A stretch of 56,693 nt of DNA, from the NCBI GenBank assembly GCA_018398765.1, contig JAHBMJ010000120.1:1-56693 (forward strand). The letters are read 5' to 3'. The stretch is from Chromera velia (Eukaryota). Shown here piece by piece: positions 36,554-47,787 of this stretch. The notes under the pieces are model-generated. The model made no database searches. It was given only the letters and a program-made list of their open reading frames with translations, and was not told where the DNA came from. How positions within the stretch are numbered: position 1 is the stretch's first letter; each line of letters begins with the position of its first letter. A program made the position numbers and the translations under genes.

Positions 36554-39500
36554 GGGGGGGGGGGAGGGGAGAGAGAGAGGGATGGAGAGGGACGTTGAAG
36601 CACACGCAAGGAAGAACTGAAGGGGGCTTCTTCACTCAGAACCACAACTAACCCGCAATGGACGAGTGCTGTTTGTCTTCTTTGTGTTACAAGCAGATGT
36701 TCCAATGAAGAGACAAATTTTCCTGTAGGGTGTGCCTAGGGACGGGTCTTCTCCAGCGGCACTTCATGTGTGTGTGTCTGTTTTCATTCGACCTACCTCG
36801 CCCAGCTTCGAATTTGTCCTTCAGGGCAATGGCGCTTCCTGAGGCTCTCAAGGCCTTTTCGAGGAGGTCTTGCTGATGCAGAAGGCGCACCGCCACCCAC
36901 GTCAATTTGCATTTCTTTTCCTCCTCTGCGGACCTGCTCTTCGTGTGGGGGTCTATGTCTCTCAAGGGTCGGCCTCCGAGGGCTCCAACAGCTTCGTTTA
37001 CTGCATAGAGGCACACAGGCAAGCAGGGAGACACGCTTTCAAATGATCGACAGAGACTGAGTGCATGGGGAGGGCCGTTTTTTTCTGAATGAAAAAAAGA
37101 GAAAGTCAACCAAGTACCTTGTACCGTCACTGCAGTGAGTCAACACAGATCAGAATGCAGATTCAAGCAGTGAAGGAGAGAACGTTTAACAGGGAGCAAA
37201 TACGAGAAGATGCAGACAGAGTGAGGATATACCAAAAGCAATGGTCCGAAAAGTTCGGAAAAATGCCCTATCCTCTTTTGCTGTCCTCGATGAGGCCAAC
37301 GGAAAAGCTGAGATGGGCAGCCGCAGAGAGAACGGCAGGAGATGCCGGCAGGCAAGCAGAGAAAGACCGTACGCTCATATCGTGCCGACCTCCCAGAACC
37401 TTGAATTTTCCATTCGGTGTCGGCACCTGCAGAGAAACGATTCCCCCTTTCCCAGAGGAAGTCGTCTCTTCCTGCCAGAGACTCGGAGGGGAGAGCTGTA
37501 GCTTCTGCAAAAGCAAAGGAGAAGAAAGAATATCCGGGAGGTGATGTGAGGTGTATTCGATGAATTCTGGAAGAGCTACACCACCACTGCCAAAAAAAGA
37601 GCAGGGAAGATACCCGCACAGCCATTACAGAGGACTGCGTTGGTGGATACATAGACGGATAGATAGATAGACAGACAGACAGACGGGCGGACAACAGGCG
37701 AATACAAATTAGCACTCGCGCGCGTGCACCCACACCCGCAGCCCCCCCCGCCCCCCCACACACACACCAGAGAGAGAGGGAGAGAGAGAGAGAGACGGAG
37801 ACGGACCTGTGCGAATTCATTGAAGATCTTTACACAGTTGTCAAAGCTTAACTGTGCGCCCCTGCCTTCCCCCTCTGGAAAATAGGGGTATCCAGGCACT
37901 CTCCTTTGCCTGACAGATTGCAGATGGGCGTCTCTGCCTTCAGAGGACGCCCCTGCCGCTGTTGCTGCTGCCTCCTTCATTCTCTCTTCTGCCTCCCTCA
38001 TCTCTTGCGCGTCGTCCTCGAACAAAACGACTTTACCCGCGCTATTTCTCACTCTCCCTTTCATCTGCAATCAGGACGCATGTGCGGAATTAAATGACAG
38101 ACTGTGCAGAGGGCTGTGGAAGAGGCTTTGGTACCAAAAGGGAGAACGGACGACACCCTCAGACGCACAGAAATGTAACGAGCATGACAAAGCAGGGGAA
38201 AAACGTGGAGGCATATCCCCAAAGAGGAAAACAAAAACGCTTGCATGGAAGAACTGCCAGGATGGATGACAAAGAGGATTCACCCAAAGCAAACAATGCA
38301 GAAGGACAGATCGTAAGAGGCGTCAACGGGCCATCGACCTGAATGAAGCTTTTGGTTGTGGGTATTCTGTTGTAGCACATAACAATAGTGCAGTCCTGGA
38401 CATCGATTCCCTCCTCCAAGACGCTGGTGGCAACCAAAAGCCGAATTTGACCAGATCGGAAGTTGTCCATCAAGCTCTTCCTCTCCCTGTCAGACATCTT
38501 GGCTCTCCCCCCCACTGGGGCAGCAAGGAGGGGAGGACCGGAGGAATCTCCTGTGTTTGCGGACTCGCTACGGCTCAGGTGCTCTGCAGGACGGCAGACA
38601 AGGGAGGGCAGGAACGGAGGGAAAGAAGAAGAAATGTTGAAGGCTGACAGAAGACCGTCAACGCAAAAGGAGTACAGGACTGGATCTAAACAGCATGGTA
38701 ATGAGGGAGAAGAAGGCAGAGAGGGGGGTGAAAGAGAACGAGGAGCAAATGGAGTGAAAAAGAAAGAGGCAAAAGAGCAGTAGATATCCCGGAGAAGAGG
38801 AGAGGGAATAAAAGGTCTAACCCGGAAGAGACAGAAAGGGGAGGCGTGGGAGCAGACCGAAAAGCAGATGTGCATGCAAGAAACGAGGTGCTTGCAGGGA
38901 ACTTTTAAGGGCCACAGAGAGGGAGGGATGATCAAACAGAGACGAAGATCGAGACAGAAACGAAGGTACGCAGAGACTGACGTGCAACTTGTCTGTCGAA
39001 TCTGTGGGAGCTCCCGTAAAACGAATTGATAGAAGCTTCAATGCCTCGGCTTGCAAATGTATCATCCACTTCTTGATCCTGTTCCCCTGAACCCCTCCCC
39101 CCTTCTTCTCCGTCTCCTCCTGCACTCGAGTTCTGTGCCTCTGACTGACGCACGCTCGGCTCGGACCCCCTGCCTTGCGTTCCCCCTGCGCCCCTCCGTT
39201 CTGACTTGAACACGCACAGGAGGGACTGGCAGATGTGGGCAAGGGCCCACGCCACTTCCCATTTGTCCACAAAGATGACGCCCTTCAGAGGCGGCTCCCC
39301 GCTCTTCTCCTCCTTCCACGCTTGCCACAGGGTGTGAAACAAGAGCTGAACCTGCACACGTATGGGAATAAGAGGGAGATACAGGGAAAGGAGAGGGGTT
39401 TGTCTCGTGAATGGATTAAGAGCACCAGCAACAACTTCCAGTACACCCACATTTTTTCAAAAAAAGGAAAACTGAAGTCTCCCTGACACTGATCGCGTGG

Positions 39501-40816
39501 AGGATCCCCCTGTGTGTCTGACAGACTCTCTGACTGCAGTGTGTGATAGTGTGTGGCTGGCTGACTTTCGGGTGGAATTTGGAGCCGTGTCCGTCCATGG
39601 AGACCCCACTCCAGAAGGCGTTGCCCTCTCTTGTCGCTTCTGACAGATGCGCATCAATGCTTGCCCTGATCTCCGTATGGGTCCCGAACCTAGTCTCCAA
39701 CTGTTTTTGAACATGAGGAAGCAGGTTCCTTCTGAAGAAGAACCGAAACCCCTCCCTTCCCGTCTCCTTCAAAACTTCCAAAGCTCTGTCTGTCTGGTGC
39801 TGCTTATCCTCACGTGACGGCAAGTGGCTCCACACATCCCGCAGCTTCTGCTCAGCATCTCTCATGTCTGCATCAGCAGTGGCTGAGAGCGGGTGCAGGC
39901 CCTTGAAGGACACCACCTCCCTGCTCGCACTGAATCCGGTTGTGTCGACTGTGAAGACCTCACACTGAAGGATCTTCTCCACCACCTCCTTTGCCTTCTC
40001 AAAATCTTCCTGCTTCCCCGCATGACTTGCAGAGAGCCCCAAAATTCGGGGGGGGCTCTCCAGATTTCGTTCGAGGACACCCCGCCTTGCCAAGACGGCC
40101 ATTGGATGCCTCTCTGTGCCTGCGTAGTGTGCCTCGTCCAGGACAATGAGGGACAGCAGGGAGGGTTGGATGCTTCCAGTGTCCACCACTGCGTTTCGGA
40201 TAGATTCAGAGAGACAAACGAGAACGTCAACTGTGCCGAGAAAGGAGGTCCAACGCTGTTCTGACCACTCAGAGCTGCCTTTCGGTTCCCCTCCAAAAAA
40301 CTTCTTCACAGTCCTTCCATCCAACTCCGCCTGAAGTTTCGCCGCCTGCTGCTGGAGGAGGGCCTCAGTATGGACGACAAACAGCACGACCTTATGGGAA
40401 GTCCCGCCTCCGCCCAAGAACTCTTGAATGATCTGCACAGGCAGGGGGCAAAAGAGACGGGCCCTCCCAATGACGCAAAAGGGAGAAAACTGGACCTGCG
40501 AATTTCCTTTCAATTGTCATCTGTTCGTACACTGTCTCTCTTTGTGAACATCCACCTTTCGGCCCTTTCGTCCATTTCAAAGAATCCTGTTTAGATCCGT
40601 CTACCCCCTCTTCTCTACGAAGTAAGGCTTTGAGCCTTCACAAGGCCTGTCAGAAAAGCACAAAGACCGGTGGAGACGGAGACGGACCTCTGTGGCGACC
40701 CGAGTCTTCCCCGTGTTCGTTTCCATGACCAAAAACGCATTGAGGCCCCTCTCGAATCGCTCCAAAATTTCCCTCTTCGCTTCCTCCTGATGAGGCCACA
40801 GGGGTGGAAGCGGCAT
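36298..40816 (-). CDS. Dicer/RIG-I-like (SF2 DExH) RNA helicase with a DUF283-like domain, 8 exons, about 799 aa to the first stop
   Basis: Phase-consistent GT-AG model: 40816-40688, 40432-39566, 39351-38982, 38583-38339, 38064-37807, 37504-37390, 37000-36797, 36509-36298 (2400 nt). Motifs: Q PHQEE, I METNTGKT, Ia HTEALLQQQ, II DEAH, III SAS, IV IFVDK, V TSVLEEGIDV, VI QMKGRVR. These are followed by AQLSFDNCVKIFNEFAQ ... VAVRLLHQQDLLE, resembling the Dicer dsRBD-fold domain. Confidence 0.88.
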
Positions 40817-41396
40817 CGTGTACGTTCAGGCACTCGGCACAAACGATTCTGAGCTCACAGGCAACGTCCCAAAAGCAAGAAAGGCTAACAGCACTACAAG
40901 CCTTGATCACTCATACGTGGTGGAGGCAGGTAGCACTCTTCGTGATTGGACGTTCGCGTCCTATGTATGATCAAGTTCACGTCAACAATCATTCGCAGCT
41001 CGCCATCTCTTTGTTTCTTGCATGGTGTTTTTCTCTCGGCAAAAGTCGCGCGATCTTCTTCGGCTTAACTCGGAAGGTACGTATAGCGCGTGCTGATGGC
41101 TCGGCGCGCGGCTCCGCGTTAATCGTGGCTAAAAATGTTTAGACACTGAGTGCACCGCCATATGCACGACTGAGGTCAGACCACCATATGAATTGACCAC
41201 CTACTCTCCTTACCCTTTAGTGCTTGCAGCTCACTGTGCGCTCCCAGTCAGCCATCTGAAAAGACTTAAGGTGACTTTCGCCAACTCAGTGTTCATAAGT
41301 GCCAGTGGAGCAGATTTGGGGAGTGCCGTTGCTCCAAGGTCATCAGCTCGGAACCCACTTCTTTCGTCAGGTTGGCTGTTTACTGTTTCCCTTAAG

Positions 41397-42077
41397 ATGT
41401 CGTACATGATGCGGATTGGCGGCAAGAGTGCCGCGTTCATCAACCACAAGCCCTTCCATCCAGGAAACAGGCAGAACATGGAGAAAAAGTGGATCGCAGA
41501 ACAGAAGAAAGAGCGAGAAGAGCGCGAGCAGAAAGCCCGCCTGGAGGTCAGGGAGAAGGAGATGAAGATAGAGAGACTTCGGATGGCGATGAGACTCCGA
41601 GAGGCAGAGGAGCAGCTTGCAAATGCAGACCCAGAGCTAATAAAGCGTCTAGAGAAGAAACTGCATGGAGGTGAGGAGGCTCAGCAGAGAAAGAAGTTCC
41701 ACAGACCGAACCCGCAAGCTCAGTCATCATCTGACAAAAGTGCACCCGTACCGAGAGTGCGTTCCAAGTATGCCGAGGATGTGCACCCTCAGAACCACTC
41801 GAGCGTTTGGGGTTCCTGGTTTGACAGAGAGACCAGCAGTTGGGGCTATTCTTGCTGTAAACAGACGGTGCGGTCAGAGCCTTGCTCGGCCTCCTCCGAA
41901 CCTGCAGGGGATCACGAGAGGGGCGAAAAACGACGTGCGCAGGGTGACGGGGAGTGCCGGAAGAAACGCAAAGAGGGGGGATCGGCGAAGGGTGCAGGAT
42001 CTGGAGGGAACTCCTCTGGGAGCAGAGAGACAGGGTTGGCAGATCTGGTCCAGTTGCTCCATGACGAAGACGATTAG
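41397..42077 (+). CDS. Cir_N (CWC25/CIR1-type) domain protein with a Slu7-like C-terminal motif; putative splicing factor, 226 aa, single coding exon
   Basis: N-terminal FINHKPFHPGNRQNMEKKWIAEQK followed by a charged coil. RSKYAEDVHPQNHSSVWGSWFD...WGYSCC resembles the Slu7 C-terminus. Confidence 0.82.
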   Translation: MSYMMRIGGKSAAFINHKPFHPGNRQNMEKKWIAEQKKEREEREQKARLEVREKEMKIERLRMAMRLREAEEQLANADPELIKRLEKKLHGGEEAQQRKKFHRPNPQAQSSSDKSAPVPRVRSKYAEDVHPQNHSSVWGSWFDRETSSWGYSCCKQTVRSEPCSASSEPAGDHERGEKRRAQGDGECRKKRKEGGSAKGAGSGGNSSGSRETGLADLVQLLHDEDD

Positions 42078-42493
42078 GGAATGGAGCTAATTCATTGATT
42101 GATCGTGTATGTGCCTATGCGTGACATTTCAAAGACGTGATGCGTTGGTGCGAACTTGCAAACACTCAATTTTCTTGGACGGGCGCCTTATCACCTTATG
42201 CGATCTTTTGTTTCCACTTCGTCTCCGACTCGCAGAAACACTCACTCCTGTCTGTCTGTCTGTCTGTCTGTGTCTGTCTTCTTTGAAGAAAAGGAGGGAG
42301 AAGAAGAAGAAACAGAAAGTCTGTTTTCTTTGTTGTTTTTTCTTTTCTGGTTGTTCTTTATTGTCTTTTTTCCTCTCTCTTCTCTCGAGTGGAAGCAGCA
42401 GAAGAGTAACGTGGGAACACAGTGATCACGTGAAAGCATGTCGGGAGGTGGAGAGGCAAGAGGGGCTTCACTCGCACCTTTCGCCCACTTGGT

Positions 42494-42494
42494 T

Positions 42495-42538
<44 letters not shown>

Positions 42539-42818
42539 TTCTTTCTTTCCTTTCTTTTCTTTCTTTCTTTCTGTCTGTCTTTCTGTCTTTCTTTTTGTCT
42601 GTTGTGTTCATGAAGAAGAGGAGGGAGAAGAAGAAACATATCGTCGGTCTGTCTTCTGAAAGAAAGGAAGAGAAAAGGAAAGAAAAGACGACATAGTCTG
42701 TCTGTCCATCCGTCGAAGTCGTGTAGTCTGTCCGTCTGTCTGTCTATCTGTGTGTTAAAAAAACAGAAGAAAATGAAGAAAGAGAAAAAGAAAAGACAAG
42801 ACGATTAGTCTGTCTGTC

Positions 42819-42849
<31 letters not shown>

Positions 42850-42966
42850 TTCTTTCTTTTCTTTCTTTCTTTCTTTCTTTCTTTCTTTCAGCCTTTCTTT
42901 CTTTCTTTCAGCCTTTCTTGCTTTCTTGCTTTCTTGCTTTCTTTCTGTCTTTCGTCTGTCTGTCTG

Positions 42967-42998
<32 letters not shown>

Positions 42999-43234
42999 TC
43001 CTTCCTTCCTTTCTTCCTTTCTTTCTTTTCTTTCTTTCTTTCTTTCTTTCTTTCTTTTTTTCCTTGCTTCCTTCCTTCCTTCCTTGCTTCCTTCCTTCCT
43101 TGCTTCCTTTCTTTCTTTCTTTCTTTCTTTCTGTCTTTCTTTCTTTCTTTCTTTCGGTCTTTCTTTCTTTCAGTCTGTCTGTCTTTCTTTCTTTCTTGCT
43201 TTCTTTCTTTCTTTCTTTCTGTCTTTTCTTTCTG

Positions 43235-43267
<33 letters not shown>

Positions 43268-43398
43268 TTGTCTTTCTTTCTTTCTTTCCTTCCTTCCTTC
43301 CTTCCTTCCTTCCTTTCTTTCTTTTCTTTCTTTCTTTCTTTCTTTCTTTCTTTTCTTTCTTCCTTCCTTCCTTCCTTTCTTTCTTTCTCTCTTTCTTC

Positions 43399-43429
<31 letters not shown>

Positions 43430-43619
43430 TTTTTCCTTGCTTCCTTCCTTCCTTCCTTGCTTCCTTCCTTGCTTCCTTCCTTTCTTTCTTTCTTTCTTTC
43501 TGTCTTTCTTTCTTTCTTTCTTTCTTTCGGTCTTTCTTTCTTTCAGTCTGTCTGTCTTTCTTTCTTTCTTTCTTGCTTTCTTTCTTTCTTTCTTTCTTTC
43601 TTTCTGTCTTTTCTTTCTG

Positions 43620-43655
<36 letters not shown>

Positions 43656-43734
43656 TCCTTCCTTCCTTCCTTCCTTCCTTCCTTTCTTTCTTTTCTTTCT
43701 TTCTTTCTTTCTTTCTTTCTGTCTTTTCTTTCTG

Positions 43735-43767
<33 letters not shown>

Positions 43768-44076
43768 TTGTCTTTCTTTCTTTCTTTCTTTCTTTCCTTC
43801 CTTCCTTCCTTCCTTCCTTCCTTTCTTTCTTTTCTTTCTTTCTTTCTTTCTTTCTTTCTTTTCTTTCTTCCTTCCTTCCTTTCTTTCTTTCTTTCTCTCT
43901 TTCTTTCTTTCTTTCTTTCTTCCTTTCTTTCGGTCTTTCTTTCTTTCTTTCAGTCTGCCTTTCTTTCTTTCTTTCTTTTCTTTGTTTCTTTCTTTTCTTT
44001 CTTTCTTTCTTTCTTCTTTTCTTTCTGTCTTTCTTTCTTTCTTTCTTTCTTTCAGCCTTTCTTTCTTTCTTTCAGC

Positions 44077-44115
<39 letters not shown>

Positions 44116-44317
44116 TTCTTTCTTTCCTTCTTTCTTTCTTTCTTCTTTCCTTCCTTTCTTCCTTTCTTTCTTTTCTTTCTTTGTTTATTTCTTTCTTTCT
44201 TTCTTTCTTTCTTTTTTTCCTTGCTTCCTTCCTTCCTTGCTTCCTTCCTTCCTTCCTTCCTTTCTTTCTGTCTGTCTGTCTTTCTGTCTGTCTTTCTTTC
44301 TTTCTTGCTTTCTTTCT

Positions 44318-44348
<31 letters not shown>

Positions 44349-44550
44349 TTTTTTCTTTCTTTCTTTCTTTCTTTCTTTCTTTTCTTTCTTTCCTTCTTTC
44401 TTTCTTTCTTCTTTTCTTTCTTTCTTTCTTTTCTTTCTTTTCTTTCTTTCTTTCTTTCTTTCTTCTTTTCTTTCTTTCTTTCTTTCTTTCTTTCTTTCAG
44501 CCTTTCTTTCTTTCTTTCTTTCTTTCTGTCTGTCTGTCTGTCTGTCTGTC
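42494..44550. repeat. ~2-kb (CTTT)n/(CTTC)n satellite with higher-order blocks
   Basis: Directly visible. Variant units such as CTTTCGGTCTTTC...CAGTCTG recur near 43150, 43525 and 43930. Confidence 0.95.
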
Positions 44551-45483
44551 TGTTGTGTACATGGAGAAGAGAAGGGAGAAAAAAAACATCTGTCTGCCTG
44601 TCTGTCTGTCTATGTTCAGGAAGAAAAGAAGGGAGAAGAAGAAACATATAGTCTGTCTGTGTGTCGCGAAGAAGAGCAAAGCAGAAACAATATCGCGTGC
44701 TTTTTGTCTGTTGTGTACATGGAGAAGATGCCTGTCTGTGTTCAGGAAGAAAAGAAGGGAGAAGAAGAAACATATAGTCTGTCTGTCGGGAAGAGAAAAA
44801 GCAAAGCAGAGACAATATCGCATGTCTGGAAAGAAAGAAAGAAAGAAACGAAAAGCAGACTGACTGTCTCTCTGGCTGGCTGGCTGTCTCTCTAGCTTCC
44901 TCTCTCTCCCTGCCTGCGTCTCTCAGTCTGAGTCTCAGACTCTCAGAGGACTCTCTCTTCCCCTCCCTCCCCTCCCCCCTTCCCAACCGGGGAGACCCTT
45001 TTTTCCTTCCTTTCTCTCCTTTTGTCAGTATGTTCTAATATCTATATAGAAACATGCACTTCGAGTGACACGGATAGGTTTGTTGCACTAAGCAGTGGTT
45101 AAACATATACTTAGAATCTCTTATATTGAGTTATGCAAAAAAGATGTAGCTTATATCTGTTTTAAGATTTTTTTAAAAGGCTAAATGTAAGCTAGGCATG
45201 GTTTATACATACATACATTCTTACACACACTCTGGACTTAGAGAATATAATGTATACACAATGTATATTGATTGATTGATTGATATGTTCCGCCCTAGGG
45301 CCTTCCCGCTATGTATATAAATATCATTTTAAAAAAATAGTAGAGTAATCAACTCATTATTAAATTAGTTCTAATAAAATATCTAGTAACACATACACAG
45401 TCATATAAATTATATACTTTGTATGTAAAATTCTATTGGCAGTCGACTTGTTAATTCTCAAGGGCCCTCTATCTACCTCTATC

Positions 45484-46152
45484 ATAGGGGTGTAAAATCT
45501 TTTTTAGACGGGGGGGGGGGGCCCCGTCAGCGGGGCAGGCAGGAGCCTGCCCGACGGGGAGGCCCCGTCCTTCGGACGGGGCCGCAGAACGCGAACGGGG
45601 GGGGGGACCCGTCGGATCGNNNNNNNNNNNNNNNNNNNNNNNNNNNNNNNNNNNNNNNNNNNNNNNNNNNNNNNNNNNNNNNNNNNNNNNNNNNNNNNNN
45701 NNNNNNNNNNNNNNNNNNNNNNNNNNNNNNNNNNNNNNNNGCGCGCACGGTCAAAATTAATTTTTCGAGTCTGTCACTGAATGATTCACCTACCCCGCCA
45801 TGCCCCGCCTTCTGTGAACAGTCGCTTTCTTGTATGGTTGTTCTGTTTTCTCTTGCCTTATACTGCTGCTGACTGTGATGCCCTCACACCGCTCACTGCT
45901 GCTGATTTTGCTGCTTAAGCCCGGACCCCATTGAGATCGTAACAAAGTTCTGTGCATAGTTTAGGCTTCATAAAGGTCATCATTTAGGTTATCTTCATGA
46001 CATAGCACTTTTTCTCACCTAGAGCTCTCCGAACGGGGGGGTCCCCGTTCACAGGGGTCTGATCTCCTTAGAGCTCGAACGGGGGGGACCCCGTCGGATC
46101 TGGAGTCCTAAGAGCTCGAACGCACCACCCCCCCCCGTTCTTACACCCCTAT
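45484..46152. mobile_element. Non-autonomous DNA transposon (MITE) with an 8-bp TSD, hAT-like
   Basis: TIR ATAGGGGTGTAA / TTACACCCCTAT. Perfect TSD CCTCTATC at 45476-45483 and 46153-46160. Subterminal GAACGGGGGGG(A/T)CCC repeats. Contains an N gap at 45620-45740. Confidence 0.9.
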
Positions 46153-46178
46153 CCTCTATCTCAGCCTCTATCTCCTTT

Positions 46179-47550
46179 TCACACTGCAGTGGTCACACCA
46201 GTCTTCTCATCAAAAGAAAACATGTGCTTTGCGTCCTCTGCGATTGTGGGCTTCCCATCTACCCAGGCAAGACGGACCTGGGGAATAAACCACAGAACCT
46301 TGCCGAATTTGGCAGAGTGCGCGGCAATGGCGCCTTCATTAGAGCCATTAATCAGCTGGTCCCCGCCTGTAAAATACACAACCCCGTCCTTGTAGAATGC
46401 ATCCCACCCCTCTTCGAGGGTCTCGGCTGCATCCTCAAGGAGGGTTTGCATATCGTCATCCTCCAATTTTTTATCCTCCTCATCCTCGTCTCCTTCTTTC
46501 TCGTCCTCCTCATCTTCATCTTCTTCATCAGATGCGCAAGACCGTTCATCCTCGCTCTCAAAGGCTTCATCCGAGGAGCCCCCGAACTCATCATCATCCC
46601 CCTCCTCACCTTCGATCTCCCCCCCTTCTTTCTCTTCACCCTCTTTCTTCTCAGGGACATAAAATCTCATACCACGGAACTAAACATTCTCTGTATTGAT
46701 TTCAACCCCCTCTGCCTCTGCCTCAGCTTCTGTGTAAATATAATATTCATCCTTCATTATCTCGTTGTGCTTCTTGCACCTGTCTAGGTGCTGGGTCACG
46801 CTGGCGAGAATCCACTCACCTGAGTTTGACTCCTTGTGAATTGTGAAAACGCTGCCTTTGCACTTCTTCACACATTCCATTTCTACTGCCACTGCATGGC
46901 CCATCCCGCTCAGGAGATAGCAAGCAAATGGGTCTCCCTGTCCGGCTTTTATTGCCCTCTTCCTTTCTACGATCAGTTTTTAGTATCCCTCTCTGATAGA
47001 CGCTTTCTTGCAGTGAACTCCATCGGCCTTCTCTTTCATTTTCGCCCACACCTCCATCTTGTACCCCTCCAACTTCTCTGCATCGATTTCTTTTTGAGAT
47101 TGCTTCTTTGCCTCCCTACCCTCCTTGTTTTCCTTTTCTTTTTGGCGGGAGACTGCAATAGGGTGGAATTTTTTGTTCGGCGACCACGCTTTGTTGGCAA
47201 AGCCGCGCTTTGTTGGCAAAGCCGCCATCAGTCAGGCAGCGACGCAGTCTGATGTCATCTGCCTGTTTCAATTCGGTGGTGTACACAGAGAAGATTCGCT
47301 TCTGAAACCAGTCAAAAGTCAAATCAAAGACATCGTTCATTTCAAAGCCTTCAATGATGGCCATGATGTAGGCGCCGGTAGGAGTTAGCTTCAATCGCTT
47401 GACAATGTGCTGGATCCAGCCTTTCTCTCTCTTGGAGGGCTTACGGCCGTGGAAGAAGGAATCCGGGGGGATACGATGATTTTTGGTGCCGTCTTTTGGA
47501 TAAGACCCTTCTGGAGGATCCCAGTAAGTAATTTCCATCTCATTTTCCAA
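46179..47550 (-). pseudogene. Decayed ORF with a C-x3-C-x22-H-x3-C motif and an acidic tract (possibly transposon-derived)
   Basis: ORFs 46980..47228, 46680..46904 and 46179..46670 share one frame, split by TAA/TAG. They join 47116..47550 once a 19-bp tandem duplication near 47188-47225 is removed. Confidence 0.55.
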
Positions 47551-47787
47551 ATCTGATATTTTGAAGGAGAAAGAAATCAGAAAAAAATGGTCAACTCACT
47601 TTTGCGCCTGGTGAGAGAAAATCCAAGTCAATAGAGGAACTGCCTCCAAGATGCTGAGCCTCGGCCTCTCAGCTCTCTCTCTGAGACAAAGTAAATGTAC
47701 AGTGTGTGATTTAGGGGTGAGATATACGTCGTACAGGGTGAGAAATGGTGAGAAAGGGTAAGGGACCTTGCAATCTCGTTTCACTTA

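Noticed and set aside
36298..40816. Calling the helicase a full Dicer, or FANCM
   Set aside because: No RNase III or PAZ is visible. Motifs V/VI (EEGIDV, Q.KGR.R) and the downstream domain fit the Dicer-like clade better, so no gene symbol was assigned.
42918..44986. Very long F/L/S-rich ORFs (577-653 aa) and their K/E/R-rich antisense ORFs
   Set aside because: Artefacts of the stop-free CTTT satellite.
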